From: Eledone cirrhosa
Taxonomy: Eukaryota
DNA length: 64,000 bases
Assembly (NCBI GenBank): GCA_964016885.1
Contig: OZ024741.1
Location: 154,814,001-154,878,000 of the forward strand
Direction of reading: 5' to 3'
In this document: positions 36,765-52,185 of the stretch, piece after piece
How positions within the stretch are numbered: the stretch's first letter is position 1
Layout of the letters: every line of letters begins with the position of its first letter
The notes under the pieces: generated by a model
Seen by the model: the letters and a program-made list of their open reading frames with translations, nothing else
What the model was told of the DNA's origin: nothing
The model's database searches: none
Program-made: the position numbers and the translations under genes

Positions 36765-39700
36765 TTAATAACAGAGAAGAAATACTCACAACTAAACTAC
36801 ATTTCTCTTTACTTTCTTGCACTCTATTTCTAATTAACACTTTACTTCTCTCTATATTTAATTGGTAAAAGAAAATATCACAGGAAAAAAGTGACACTTT
36901 TGGCTAGGTAAAAAAATCCCATTTTATTTAAAAATATAATTTGAAAATATACTTGACACAATGCAATTTTGGGGAAGAGGAAAATTGATTAAATCGACCT
37001 CAGTGCATTACTGGTACTTTATTTATCGACCCCGTAAAGGTGAAAGGCAAAGCTAACCATGGTGGGATTTGAACTCAGAATATAACGGGCTGTACTGATG
37101 ATACTGCCAAAATTGGGAAAAAGTGTCTTTGAAGACAGAAAAATGTTGACAGAGATAGCTGAGGAAAATTGAACCCTGCATTTCTCATATGCCAGGCAAG
37201 TGTGTTTAACTAAAGGATCTGGCGTATGAGAAATGTATGGTTTAATCCTCCATAGGTATCTCCATTTTTTTCTGTCCCCAATTATTAATTATTATCATTA
37301 TAGTTAACTGCATTGTGGCAATTATATTTTCAAATTTCAAATTTCCTAATATTTTGTAAGTTAACCAAACCACGTTTATAAAAGGAGGTAATTTACTTGA
37401 AACTGTGGCAACTATATCTGTAAAGATAAACAGATAAATCTACCACTCAATGGTAGGGTCCAAACCGTATAAAGAACTCAATGTAATCCGTATGTAGAAG
37501 ATGTCGTGAAGCAAAGTTTAAAATACAAAAAAATGTCATCAACGATATAAATCAATTGGACACAGAGTCAAAATAGAAATATTAAAACAATGAAATTAAA
37601 CACAAAACTGTTAATTCATAGTAAAACTCATTATTTATGTAAAGATATATGAAAAAAGAATCACCGAAAACACTTAAATTCCAGTTTAAACCTCATAATA
37701 GAAAACATTCTTTGACAACACTTTAAGAATCCACAGCTCAGAGGTTAGAGTTAGGGTTAGAGCTAGGACAGAATTAGTTGATGGAGCTGCTACCGCTGTT
37801 GAAAACAAAAGGTTTCTCTCTATGAATGAAAGGCCAGCTGTATAGTGTCTATGTGTGATATGTGATGTTGCAAGGTAGTGAGAGATGGGTAATGAATGCA
37901 GAGGATATCTGAAGGCTGGAGAGAAATTAAGTGAGCATACTTTGATCGATGTCTAATATTAATGATATAAATGAAATGTGAAGCATGAATGAAATAGGAG
38001 AAAAACTAGATATAATAAGAATCAAATGTAGTGTGCAAGAGAGAAGACTGTACTGGTATTGATATGTGATGTGTATGGATGATGAACATCAGGTAAAGAA
38101 TTGTTAGCAGTTCCCAGTAGTTGGAAGCTGCAGTAGAAAAAGAACTAAGTAGAGGTGGTGAGAGCATATCTCAAAATGCTGAACCTTCGATGCAAGATGA
38201 CAAAAGAATGCAACAACTGGAGGGAGGCAGTCCTGGGAAACACCCATCCAACCTATGCAAGCATGGAAAAAGAGATGTAAAGACGATGATCATGATATAT
38301 ATATATATATATAGTTTTATTGGTTAAAAAACATGTTAGCTCTTATATTGCTCTTCTTCAATATAATCAAGAGAATTAATTATTTATAAAGTTTAATACA
38401 TCAAATTGAACAGTATGATGTAGTCACTTCTTGTCATTTATGTTCTGGTCCTTCTGTGTCTTTAGTGGAATCCATTCTGTTGCAAGCATTAAGATCAGAA
38501 CTCTAGTTTGAATTTACCTCTCACCTATCTTGGAGGCTCTGAGAATAATAATGGGCACTGTATTCCCCCTTCCTCTTTAATCTCATCTCAGCCAAATTTC
38601 CAATCATACCAGATGTCTCACTTCACCAGCACTGTTTGTATTTCCAATATAGTCTTCAGTCTGGGGACTTTATGAAGTATGTCAATAAAGTAAGTTGTTT
38701 GTCTCCCATGATTAGTCCACCCATTTATTGGCTACAATAACAGCAGATTTCAGGCCATTTATTCTATGGTTAATCTGTTCATATATTGACAGTCATAGTA
38801 TCAAATTTGAGGCTATTTCCTCAGGATGTCTCATAGTTACCACTCATAAAAAAAAAACAAAAAAACAAAAACACGCTTCAATTAAAATCTGTTTTCTTTT
38901 TCTTTCTAATTTCAGCTTTGTTTACAATTAGTGGAATGTTGTGTAAGGTATTTAACCGATGGGTGCCAGTGGCTAGACATATGTTTTCTAGGTCTGTCGC
39001 ATCTTCAAGGCCAGGACTACTAAAGTATATCAGGCAAGTATATATAACTATATATATATATAATATATTATTACTATAACTATATATATATTTGAAATTT
39101 ATTTGTTTTTATTTTAAAAAGATGCCACAATTCATATATTAACTATAGAATAGCTTAATAAGTCAAGCAAATTTCCCTTGGAGACAGAAAAAAGATCAAA
39201 ATATAAAAAAATGGCTAGAAATATTCTCAAGGGAAGGCTTAAATAACATTATTGATGAATGAAATGTAGAAAAACAATGTTTTATTGTAAAATAATCACT
39301 TCAGATATTTTAGCACCTTATTAACATAGAATTTGAAATTGGTGAAAATAGGCAAAATATTGACCTTGAATATAAATTGACCCCATTTTACTATTGATTT
39401 TTTGTTTGTCACATATTTCTTGGCTCATATACGAGGATAGACAGCAAAATTAAATATGTCAGTGAGAGTTTGTATCACTTGCATATGAAAAATGTAAATT
39501 TTTCTTTTGCATACATTTGCATATATATATAATTATTTCTACTTTTGGCACAAGGCCGACAATTATCCCAGTGCATTACTGGTACTTTATTTTATCGACC
39601 TCATAAGGATGAAAGGCAAAGAAACCTCGGCGGGATTTGAACTCAGAAACACACACACATTCCCTCCTTTCTCTCTCTCTCTCTCTGTCACACATACATT

Positions 39701-39802
39701 TCTGTGATGAAGCTTAGCAAACATTTGAAAGAAAATTAATACATCACCTTATATATATATATTTGTGTGTGTGTGTGTGTGTGTGGAGGGGGGTATGTAT
39801 GT

Positions 39803-39841
<39 letters not shown>

Positions 39842-40019
39842 AAGTATTTCCGTAGAAAAGGTAAAGTTATGTCAAAGAAATTTCAAGCTCAATGTGTTTC
39901 AACAATCAGCAAATACAATGAATTTATTCATCTATTGTGTAATCCATAAACATTTGGTAAACAAATCTGAGTTATTGTATGAGTGTAAGTATGTGAAGTA
40001 TTTAAATAACAAATTCAGC

Positions 40020-40465
40020 AATTCTGAAGGAATATAAGGCAGACACTTTTATTTATCTTATATATGTTTCAATAAATGAAATGTGAAGAATATGTTAAAT
40101 GGAAGAAAAACTAAAATACGAACATGAAACAAAATAATTTGCTTTAACACATAATTTTACATCTCATTTATATCTTCAGAAACATTAAAAACATATATAC
40201 GTAAACCATAGGAAAAAGATGTCTCCTCAAGAAAAAAGATCCAAGCATTCTTGATAACATTACAATGTATGTATGTTTTTAATGTTTCTGAGGATCCAAA
40301 TGTAATAAGGTAGATTATTCGGTTTTATCCTCAAATCTTAATATATGGATTTACTCTTATATACTAAAATGCAGCTTGAAATTTTTGCATTTACCATAAT
40401 GCCTTCTTCACATTTGTTGAAATACATGTAGAACGAATATAAATGTCTTAAATTCCTTAAGAATT
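40020..40465. repeat. Old inverted-repeat mini-element with decayed long-insert HHR motifs on both arms
   Basis: Inner arms at 40173-40200 and 40267-40294 (TCTTCAGAAAC / GTTTCTGAGGA). The outer arms contain GAAAYA. Confidence 0.6.
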
Positions 40466-41620
40466 CCTGGATTTATTATAAAGGAAATCTGGGACTTCAT
40501 CAGCAAAGCACAATCAAAGAGTGTGCCATACAAAGTCTACAAGAAGTGTCCCACTCTGACTAACAGACTGTTTCTCATTCTTAGAAGAGCTTGGAAGGAG
40601 ATGGTGATTGGGGAGCAAAATCAATCAACACTTGATCAGTTTAGGCCAATTTCCCTACTGAATGTAAATGGAAAAATATTCCTTAGGGTTATTGCCAGAC
40701 AAGTGATGACATTTCTGTCAGCTAATGACTACATCGATGGCATGGTGCAGAAAGATGGTATCTCAGGTGTATAGGGATATATGAACATGTGGAAATGATC
40801 TGGGATGCCATCCAGACAAGAAAGCAGGAGAAAAGTGATCTGGCAGTTGTGTGGCATAATCTAGCAAATGATTTTGGGTCAGTCCCACACAAACAGCTTG
40901 AGTTTGCTATGGACCTGTACCAGATCCCTCCAAAGGTAGGGAAACTGATGATGAACTTTACCACAAAGCATGGCATATGCTGAAGGTGGGGATTGCAGTT
41001 GAGTGCACAATATCAGTCATATGGTTCGTGCTTTTAATGAAAATTATCCTGTGAGGTACAACTTTTCACAATTGTGAAATGAAGATTCACTCACCCCGAA
41101 AAAGCCTTCATGGATGATATAGCATTGTTGGCAAAAGACAAGAATTCAATGGTGAAAATCCTATCCAGACTGGATGATCTAATAAATTGGTCGAGGATGC
41201 GTTTCAAGGCAAAGAAATCCTGTTGTGTGACCTTTGCTAAAGAAAAGCCAAAAAAAGTAAAGTATGAGGTTGCAAGAGAGGCTTTGTCAACAATTTAAAG
41301 ATTCTAGGAGGCTGTATTTTGAGTCATTCAATGATAGAAGGGAAGGACTTAAAATCCAGAAGATGGCTGAGGATAGACTTTCAACAATAGATAAAACATT
41401 GCTACTAGGCAAGTTCAAGTTCTGGTGCATGCAGTTTGCACTGTACTCTAGACTGCAGTGGTCACTGCATGTTGTATGAAGTCACACTAACATGTGTTGA
41501 GACCAATGAGTGGAAATGTAATTGACTAGGATTGCCATGAACTTTTGCATATGCAGCTCTGTATAATAAAAGTGTGGTCAAGTGTGAACCATGCTGATAC
41601 TTTACCACTCAAATGATCAA
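40460..41620 (+). mobile_element. Decayed Hero/NeSL-like non-LTR RT fragment
   Basis: PYKVYKKCP, FRPISLLNV.GKIF, VVW..LAN.FGSVPH, FMDDI, FKAKKS, GKFK.W. Confidence 0.75.
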
Positions 41621-42229
41621 ATCATCAGACATAAAATTTCATGGTGTTTTGAGGCATTGGGGGTAGATGGAGTTACAACATCAGAGACTCACTGATGATT
41701 GTGCTATTGTGCAGGAGTTTTGTCACATATATTGGTAGGGGGGGGGGGGGGGGGCTTTAAGTAGCTTTAATGTCATGGTGGAAGAGGCTGAAACACCCAC
41801 AGAGTTACTTTATCACCCGAGGAGACATTGATTCCTGCATTTTGAGATGGAGTACAGCAGCAAACTCAGCATAGTGTTTACCAAGTGTATATATATATAC
41901 ACATATCTATGAGTTCTGGGTTCAATCAAGGGTAACCACAGTAAGGTACTCAATACATTAGTAGATGATTTCCTTCGAATGAAACAGTTCTAGTCCTGCA
42001 GAAGCCATTTCTATATTAAATTTTCTCTCTCTCTCTCTCCCTCTCTCTCTCTCTATATATATATATATATTATATAAAATTTAATATAGACTTCTACAGG
42101 ACTCACACATATATATGCTTGGTCACTATTGGATAGTCCAGTCTTGGTCATAACACTGGTCATTTGACTAAACTGTGTAATCATATCCTACCCTCATAGG
42201 ACTTTATTTAGCAGCTGCATATATTTATC

Positions 42230-42845
42230 TGTGTGTATGTGTGTATACATAATGCATGTGTTAGTATACATTTGTGTGTGTGTTTTTGTACATTTATGAA
42301 TGCATGTGATTGCATGTGTGTGTATTTGTTTGGGCGTGTGTATGTGTGTGTTTGTATACAATTATGTTCACTTGTTTGAATATATGTGTAGGAATGCATG
42401 TGTTTGTGTACATGTATATGTGTACATTTGTGAATTCATGTTGTTGTGTACATCAGTGTGTGTTTTAGTGTTCGTTTGTGTGTGTGTGCGTGTGCGTATT
42501 TGTATATATCTATGTTTATGTTTGTGAATGCATGCATGTATTTGTGTATATATGCATGTGTGTTTTGAAGTAAATGTATGTTTGCATTCATTTATGTATA
42601 TGTGTGTGAATAGATGTGTTTGTATACATGTGTATGTGTTTGTGTACATGTGTGTGCGTTTGTGTACATCTGTGTGTGTTTGTGTACATGTGTGTGTGTT
42701 TGCGTACATGTGTAAGTGTGCGTATTTGTACATGTGTGTGTATACAAATGTATGTGCGTGTTTGTGTACATTAGTGAGTGTGTGTATGTTTGTGTGTGTG
42801 CTTAAGTGTGTGTTTATGTACATGTGCATGTGTGTTTGTGTACAC
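42230..42845. repeat. Degenerate (TG)-rich microsatellite
   Basis: Direct inspection. Confidence 0.9.
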
Positions 42846-45191
42846 AAAGAAAAATATTTCATTAAAGACCCCATCAAAACTAAAACTGAGTTGAAGGAGA
42901 CAACCAATAAAATCAATTGATTAATAAATTCATTGATGTTAAACTATAATAATTCTAAATCACAGCTAGAACAGTTTTAATGTTTTAAAGGTGTTATCTT
43001 ATTCATAACACTTTAGTTTAACTCTTTTATTACCATATTGTAAAATGGTTAACCATAGGAAAGGTCTCCAGCTATAGGAACCGTATGTGGATCATATGAG
43101 CAAGATGTTGTAATCTGATCAGTCTAGTTTTAGAACCTGATCACCCTTTCAACACATGTCAGAATGGAAAATGGTTGCAAAAGAGTGATGATGATGATGA
43201 TGATGACGATGACGATGGTGATGGTGATGGTGATGATGATGATGATAAATACTTGAACTCTATCATTACCATATTTCTAATGAAATCCACTGCCTATTAT
43301 TTCCAAATAATTTTGAAAAATATTCAAGAATTTTGAGTGACTTAGTAACATAACTACCTTTCTCATTAGTAAGAAGGTGTTTGGATTATAACTTACCAAT
43401 GGTTCTTACATGGAATTATGATGGAAGGTTTTTAGATAAATATAAATAATTTAACCATTTCCTTACCATATTTCTAATGAAAGATACTGCCTATGGTTTT
43501 CAAATCATTTTGAAAATTGTAAAAAATTTAGAGTGTTTAGTAATATAACTAACTTTCTCATTATCAGGCTTGTTCTTAGAACATGGCAAAAGTTCTTACT
43601 TAAAATTATGTAAGAACTTTTACGTAGGTTTTATTTGATAAATATTAATACTTTAAAATAAATAGTTTTGTATTGAAGAACCAGGATTGGTTTGATATCA
43701 AAAGAGTTAATAAATGAAATGACAGCTGATGTGTCATGTCTTTTAAATAGACTTTATGGAATGACAATCAGAATTGCAGAGGAATATAATAGATAATGGT
43801 GGTGATGGTGGTGGCAGCAGTTCAAGTAAATGCAATGAAAAATTTATGAGAAAGACTGCATTAATCTGGAATATTCTAGTTTCTGAAGACATATTTTGTT
43901 CTTCTTTATCATATCATTAAGATAGTCAATCTAATAGAAAATGTAGATTTCAATTATATCTTTGAATGATCTACAGCAACTTCATTACACTACTTCACAC
44001 CTTAGCAACACCATGTTAAATACCTTAGTAACACCACACTCCCATACACTGTACTTAACATTGCCTATGATTTTCAAATAATTTTGAAATATAATCAGGA
44101 ATTTAAAGGGATTTAAAAATATAATTTTCTCATTAAGATGGTGTTTGAATCATATTCTAAAGGTTTTAACACAAAATTCTGATGGAAGGATTTTAGACAA
44201 ATATAAACACTTTAACTCTTTCTTTAAGATATTTCCAATGAAAAACACTTCCTAAGTCCAACTCAATAATGACTTACCATGGGTTTCTATCTGGAAAGTT
44301 CTCGACCAAGATACAAACCTGGTCAAGGTGTTTTGTTGCATTCCATGAGGTTGGGTTATGTAGGGTTGGAGTTAAGCCAGTTGGATCAATTGCTCCAATC
44401 AGGGCTTTACTCCTCTTAATGGGGCCTCATGCTAGAGTAAGCTGCTCATCAAGTACACACAACAACATATTGTATAACATCCCATTGAGCCCCACACCTC
44501 CTAAGGAGGTCCCACGTTAGAGTAATATACTCTTAGCTTCTTAAGTACACATAACAACACATTGAAATATATGTGTAACACCTAATTGGGCTCCACACCA
44601 CCCAATTGGATCCCACACTACCTAATTGAGTTCCACACACCCTACACCCTAATTGTATCCCAAACCATCCAATTGGGCCCTACACCACACAATTGAGCCC
44701 CACACCCACTAAGGCCAGTTGATCTGGAGAAACATCTGATTATCCCATCACATATTATCCAAGTTAATGCTGGGTGCTAACATAATAATTTCTCTGCAGG
44801 ATGAATCTAAAAAGAACCCAACTAGTTTCTGCTGGTGCCATGATAAAATACTCCAAGTAAACTCTGTAAAGTGGTAGTGCTGGTGCCATGATAAAATGCA
44901 CCTAGTACACTCTGTAAAGTGGTAGTGTTGGTGTCACAATAAAAACACCCATTCCACTATGTAAAGTGGCATCATAAAATGCACCCAGTAAAGTGGTTGG
45001 AATTACAAAGGGGATTCAACTGTAGAAATCACACTAGACTGGATCATATGAGCAAGATGTGGTCATCTGATTGGTTTAGTCTTAGAATATGACAATCTGT
45101 CTAACCCATGCTAGCATAGAACACAAATGTAAAACGGTGATGATAGTGATGTTGCTGTCTTATCAAGGTTGTCTACTCATATTCATCATAC

Positions 45192-45267
<76 letters not shown>

Positions 45268-45364
45268 CAACTTAGAGCTACTTATTAAAAAATGCTTTGA
45301 GTAAGAGACACTGATGTTACTTGCATATCAATACATTCACTGGCAGAGCATATATTAAATATAG

Positions 45365-45815
45365 TAATACAACAACAACAATATCAACAACCACAACACC
45401 ATCAACATCAATACCAACAACATCAACAACAACAGCATCAACATCAACAACAATATCAATGGCAACATCACCACCAACAACACCACTACCAACAACACCA
45501 CTACCAACAACAACACCACCAACAACAACAACAACACCACCAATAACAACAGCACTTCCACCACCAACAACAGCACCACCACCAAAACCACTGTCAACAA
45601 CACCTCCACCAACAGCAACATCACCACCACCAACAATAATATCATCACCAACAACATTAACACCAACACCAACACCACTAACAACTACAACAATACCAAT
45701 AACAATATCACCACCATCGTCACCACCATCACCACCACTGCCACTGTCACTACCACCGCCGCCACCACCACCACCACCACCACCACCACCACCACCACCA
45801 CCACCACCACTATCA
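45365..45815. repeat. (CAA/CAC)n trinucleotide tract
   Basis: Direct inspection. Confidence 0.9.
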
Positions 45816-48800
45816 CTGATTGTCTTTTATGGAATCAATCACTCCAGTAACAATTGATAACCATTCAGTATTGTGAGATCATGATGAAATATTGACTGTA
45901 CTCTATGTTATAAAGTCATGAGTAAAAACTATATTTCAGTTGCTGTGATTGAGAAATATCTAATAGCAAACAGATAACTAAGATATATTATAAACAATAA
46001 CAGAAAATATAAAGAAACAAATAAGAAGCCATTGATAATATGACTGTCTACTGGAAATGGTTTTATTGATATAAATTGGACATTTGATGACTTGGAAGAT
46101 TTTCATGTTTGGAACAAACAATGAAAAAATCTTCTGTGGCAGTTGAAACCTAATGAAGTCTTCTATTTGATTATGAGGGACCGATTGTTAAACCCTTTCT
46201 TGTCTGTATTTCTAATGAAATATTCTTTATTTCAATTAATTAATTATTTAATGACGAATTTTGAGGTATTTACTAAACTTATTAATTATTTAATTATTAA
46301 TATAACTTAATATATGGTTCTTGTATAAAATTATGTTGGAAGATTTTAATTCAAATAACAACCATTTAAAGTGGGTGGTTTTGTTTCCAAGAGCCAGAGC
46401 TAGTTTTGGCCAAGTAGGTATCATAATGATGAAAGATTCATCATGTAAGGTAAAGGCACATAGTTTAGTGGTTAAGGAGTTGGGCTTACAATCACAAGTC
46501 ATGAGTTTGATTCCCAGACACTGCTTATGATTTTCACATAATTTTGAAAATAATTAAGAATTTGGAGGGATTTAGAAATATAACTAATTTTCTTATTATT
46601 AGGCTGATGTTTGGAACATATAACAAAGATCCATACATAAATTTATAGTTGTTTCTACTTTTTGGCACAAGGCCAGCAATTATCCCAGTGTATTACTGGT
46701 ACTTTATTTTATCGACCCCGTAAGGATGAAAGGCAAAGTTAACCTCGGCGGGATTTGAACTCAGTCCGTAAAGGGAAGTAACTCTTTGCTGCAAAGCATG
46801 GCGTCCGAGCCGCTACCGATACTGGCAATTTATAATAAGAGATATTTTTAGATAAATAGAAACACTTTAAAATAAATAGTTTTCTTTTATCATATAACCA
46901 GGAACAGTTTTATATGGTTTGGTAGGCCTCAGTATATAATAACAGGTGGTGTTCCCCAACCTCCAACTAGATTTATCAGCACAAGAGAAGTGGAATAGGC
47001 TGAAGAATTGAAAATGAACAAATTATTGTATTGTATTAATGCTGTGTGTTTAACGAAGAAATTGTGTTGATGTTTGAATTATTTTTAGCTCACATTGTAC
47101 TAGTGAATCATTGAGAAACACAACCACAGCTGAATGTCAATGTTCTTAGTTAAAGGACATGTTTGTGGGTAAGATATATTTCAACATGTATCTGCTATAT
47201 TAAGACACAACTTGTAAAATGTCAACTTCAATAACAATCAGTGTGGAGGAATTTTCCTTGTTTTCTTTCCAAGACACTTAAACATTCAGTGAAGAGACAC
47301 AAAGAAATGGAAAACATTGTTTTAATGCTAAAACCTATCTTATGTTACTAAATTTAGAATTAGTTTAGATGCTTGTGTTGTTAGAGTTGATATTGAAACT
47401 CTGAGTAAACACACACACAGAAAAACAAAAATAATGTCTGCCAATGTGGAGATGCCTCTTGTAGCTCAGACCATTTTATTTGTGTTTTATTTTTTATTTT
47501 TCTTGCATTGCTTGTAATTATTTATTTATAATAGAAAACAGGAACGTGTCTAACTGAATATTGGTAAAGAACTTGACTGTTTCTGAGGGCACCAAAATTG
47601 TTAAAAACTCCAGTTGACAGCTGATGAAGGAAATGTTCCACAGTGCAAGATGTATGTAGAATATGGACATATATTATAACACATAAGACTAAATACAAAG
47701 GAGTGCACAAGTAGACATAAGCCCACCTCCACTAGAATAATGACTACTTTGAATAATAACTACCCAGTGATATGTGAGAGAGAGAGAGAGCAAAAAATGC
47801 ATGTACACATACACAAACTTGAAGGAGAAACAAGACATAAAGATACACATACATGCACAGGCATGCATACACATGCATGAACATGACAAATACAAAAGCT
47901 TTTGGAAGTAGCAGCACATAAAGACACACATAGACACAAACACACAAAGCATTTGTAGACTATAGACTCACAACAGGAAGACATGATGGAGTAAATAGAA
48001 CAAGATTAGAACAAAGATGAGACACAGAAAAGCAAGAATAGTCATTGAGAAGGTCACTGAATATGTGAGGAAAGAGCTTTGACAGTTAAATACGACAAAT
48101 GAATAACTGTTTAGTTACTAAACTAACCATGGAATAGATTAGTTACCTAACTAATAATTAATAATACAACTGAAATAAAACTCAACTGATGTATATGTTT
48201 TTATTAGCAGCACGACTTTTCCAAAGTATAACAATATATATACATGTGTGTGTGGGCAACGTGGGGGTGGGGTGATGGTGAAAGCATATGTTTTAGTGAT
48301 TAAGGTATTTGGTTCACAATCATAAGGTCATGAGTTTGATTGCCAGTGGTGTGTTGTGTCTTTAAGACATTGTATTTCATATTGTGCTAGTCCATTCCGG
48401 TAGCAAAAATTTATCATGTGTTTAATTCAAAGGGTCAGCCATGTCACACACTAGGTCATGCTGAATCTACCTGGGAATTATGTTAAGGGTACACATGTCT
48501 ATGGAATGCTCAGCCACTTGCATGTTAATTTCATAAACAGGTAGTTTCATTGCTCAAAGGATATAGGAATAAGTGTTCTTTGCAGACAAGATGCCAGAGT
48601 AGGAAGAGGAGTAGCACCATGTCAGGCTGAACACAATCAGTCTAACCCATATCAGTGTGGTATAATGAATGTTAAAATGATGACGGTGATATTAATAATG
48701 GTTTCTGATTTAGGCACAAGGCCAGCAATTTTGGGGGAGGGGAGAGTTGATTAAATCAACCCTAGTGTGTTACTGGTACTTTATTTTATCGACCCTGTAA

Positions 48801-49982
48801 GGATGAAAGGTAAAGCGAGCCTTGGTGGGATTTGAACTCAAAATGTAAATGGCTGTAACCATATGTTGCATAGCATATTGTCCATGAGTGGGTTTAACCC
48901 TTTTGACACCAAACCACCTAAAACTCTCTGCAGTTCTACAATATAAAACAACTTGTTTTAAAATGTTTATATGTATCTAAAAACCTTCCACATAATTTTA
49001 TGTAAGAACCTTTAAGTTATTCTCCAAATACCACCCCAATAATGAGAAAGTTGTATAAATCTCTCCAAATGCTTGATTTTCAAAATAATCTGAATATCAT
49101 AGGTAGTGTCTTTTATTCGAAATATAACAAAAGGTTTTAAGTGTTTGTATTTATCTAAAATCTTCCAAAATAATTTTATGTAAGAACCTTTGTTGAGTTA
49201 TGTTCCAAATACCAACTTAATAATGAGAAACTAGTTATATTATTAAATCCTCTCAAATATAATAATATAACTATTGAAATATGGTAATAAAAGTGTTAAA
49301 TATAGTTGCTTATTGATTATTTTTTTAATGGCATATTCATATATACAAGGTAGTTGTGTGTTAAATAGGGAAGTAGATTAAGTCCACAACCAATAATAGA
49401 AGCAGTTCCTCCAATGGGATTCCATATAGTTTTTGTCTACTAAATTTTACTGAAAAGTATTTGGCAGATTTGAGGCTAGATTAGAAAACACTTGCCCAAG
49501 ATGCTTCACATGGGATTGAAACTGAAAGCACAGTTATGCTTACACTTACAGATAACTGCCTGCTGTCATCTAGTGAGATGTTACTGCAATAAATAACTGT
49601 CAATGAACAACTTCTCAGTGTATGTTTAATCTGACATTCTCCTGTGAAATCTTATCAGTATTCATAATAGCCAGCTTTCACTCAAAAGATTTTAAATTGC
49701 AAATTTTTCTCAAGATATTCTTCAAGAAATGAAGACCAATTATCTCTTAATTAACTGTGGTAATTTAAGTTAATGTTTGCAGTTGCATTGATAATCACAC
49801 AGCTCGTTAAGAAATTAAAAATAATTATGTGTTTGGCAGTTTGTTGAGATTTGCTGTTTCACTGGTTTAACACATCAATGTGCTGAATGCTAAATTTTAG
49901 GTTACATTACATATATATTCTGTTTGTGCAGGAACTTTCTGCTGTTTAGTTAGGGGGTGGATGTATTGCCAATAACCCTTAA

Positions 49983-50209
49983 CCCTTTCTTACCATATTT
50001 CTAACAAAATACATTACCAATGTGTTTCAATTTATTTTGAAAATAATCAAAAATTTGGAAGAGTTTGATAGAATAAATAGCTTTCTCATTTGTATACTGA
50101 TGTTTGAAACACTACTTAACAGAAATCCCTTAGATAAAATTATATTTTAAAATGAGCAGTTTCATATTCTAAAACTAGGGCAGTTTCAGGCAGGTTGGTA
50201 TAAAAAGAG
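49983..50209. mobile_element. piggyBac-like MITE family (related copies or pieces at ~43250-43710, 44060-44250, 46530-46920, 48895-49300, 61330-61450)
   Basis: TTAA|CCCTTTC.TACC...GGTATAAAAAGAG|TTAA, with shared internal ATAATTTTGAAAA and TTTCTCATT motifs. Confidence 0.6.
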
Positions 50210-51569
50210 TTAATAAAGACTCAGAAATCTGTTTGTGCTGATTTATTCCTTTTGTTGGTGATAAAAGTACTAGTTACTGTTTAGTCAAGGAGGGACGGCC
50301 AGTACCCATGAACGTTACCCGAGCTTTAGAGATTTGTGGTAGGGAGGAAGGTATCTTCAAATAGGAAACCTGACAACAAGAAATAAATGATAAATGTGGA
50401 ATGAATTTAATGGGTTTTATGTGTTTTTGAATGGTTAATATGATTATTTCACAATGTAATTTCCTATCAGTTAATCTTACTAAAAGAATTCTAGTATTTC
50501 AACAGAGCAAATCATTGGTATTCTTTTAGTCATTTTTTTGTGAATATTTTAACTCTTAACCTCCACTACCATAAGAAATCACATTAGCCAGACATTCCCA
50601 AAATGTACAAAACAGTTCTATGACTGCATCACATTTAAAATTAAAGTCTTTACTCGAATACTACAAATTATCACAACAATCTATGCACTAGGAAAGATAT
50701 AAACTTTTGAATTAAGAAACCCATTTTTAGATATTTTCTGCTAAATCTTTACAGGATGTTAAAAGTTAAAAATCCAGGAAAAAATTACTTGTGTATATAT
50801 TAATATAGTGTGAATTATTAGATATCCTCTTGAGAGTAATACCATTAACTGTACTGAATAAAACATCTATTATTTATAGGAAAACAGATATAAACCAGCT
50901 TGAATACTTTATTGTCATTTATGCTTCACTAGAAAATACAGTAAAGGCTTAGGGGTTACAGTGTTGGGCTGACAATTGAAAAGTTATGAGTTTAATTCAT
51001 AGTTTGGGTGGCATGTTGTGTCTTTGAACAAAACACTATATTCACACTTCACCAAATGGAAAAATGAATTTTTAATATCACATCCAAGGTGTATTGGTTT
51101 TTACCTCCCTGTTGACAGCATCATATGAACTATATATAGTGTAAATATAGTATGTATATAGTGCATATATAAGTTGCAACATCACTGGTGCCAAGCTGTA
51201 TCAACTGTTGCCTTTCCTTTGGACCACATCATATATAGTGCATTTAAAGTGTGTATATAGTGTATATATATATGAGTTGTAACATCACTGGTGCCAAGCA
51301 GTATCAGCATTTATCTTTCTTTTTGATAAGATTGGTGGTGAGGAGAGGGCAATCATACAAAGAGCTTGACCAGGATTGTGCTTTGGAGAGGAATTTTCTA
51401 GGTGCAAACTCATGACCAGTCATGGCAATTGAGTCTCCATTGTCTCTCTCTCCCCCGCTCCCCCCTCTCTCTCTTTCTATATATATATATTAAATGGAAT
51501 AGAATGAAACAAAATTTCATTTCTCACTCTTAGTACGGCAGTTACTATATATATATTCATATATATATC

Positions 51570-52185
51570 ATCATCCTCATCATTACCGTTTAACGTCCAT
51601 ATTTCCCTGCTAACATGGGTTAGACGAGTTGTCCCATTGTGAGACAAGCCAGATCAGATGACAATGTCTTGCTTACACAGAACTGATTCTGGCAGGGTGC
51701 TTTTTGTCGTGACACTTACATGACCACTTTAGAGTATGGACAGGGTGCTTTTTGTTGTGGCAATAAAATGACCACCTTACAGTGTGGACTGGGGGCTGGA
51801 GAGCTATGTGGGAATTAAAGAGGTAGATCTGAGTGGAGTGTTAAGAGGTGGGAGGTGTATGGGTGTATGGAAGGGGGAGGTGAGGGAAAGTGGTGCATAC
51901 TAGATGTATGCTTTAACCTGAGCACATGGTAAAGTAGGTCTTCTGTATTACTGCATAACACTGAAGATCTCGATCCTGTGTCATTGCCTTTAAGAGGTTC
52001 AATTGTGCAAGGTCAGCTTTTATCACCTCATCCAAAATCTTCCTAGGCCTTCCTACATCATAGCTTTCATCAACTTTGAGCACCATGCACGTTTCTATAC
52101 AACTGCCATACTTCATACACATCAAATGTCCATACCAACACATCTCATCTCCTGCACACTGCATCTGATCCCTCTTATGCCCAGA
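51570..52185 (-). mobile_element. RTE LINE 3' part (continues at 55372-55860 beyond the hAT)
   Basis: [19 protein letters not shown], then the UTR and tail. Confidence 0.85.

Noticed and set aside
37743-37767. Telomere-like GTTAG(A/G) repeats
   Set aside because: Only about 4 degenerate units.
45321-45857. Mucin-like T/P-rich exon
   Set aside because: Simple (CAA/CAC)n with no splice or domain context.
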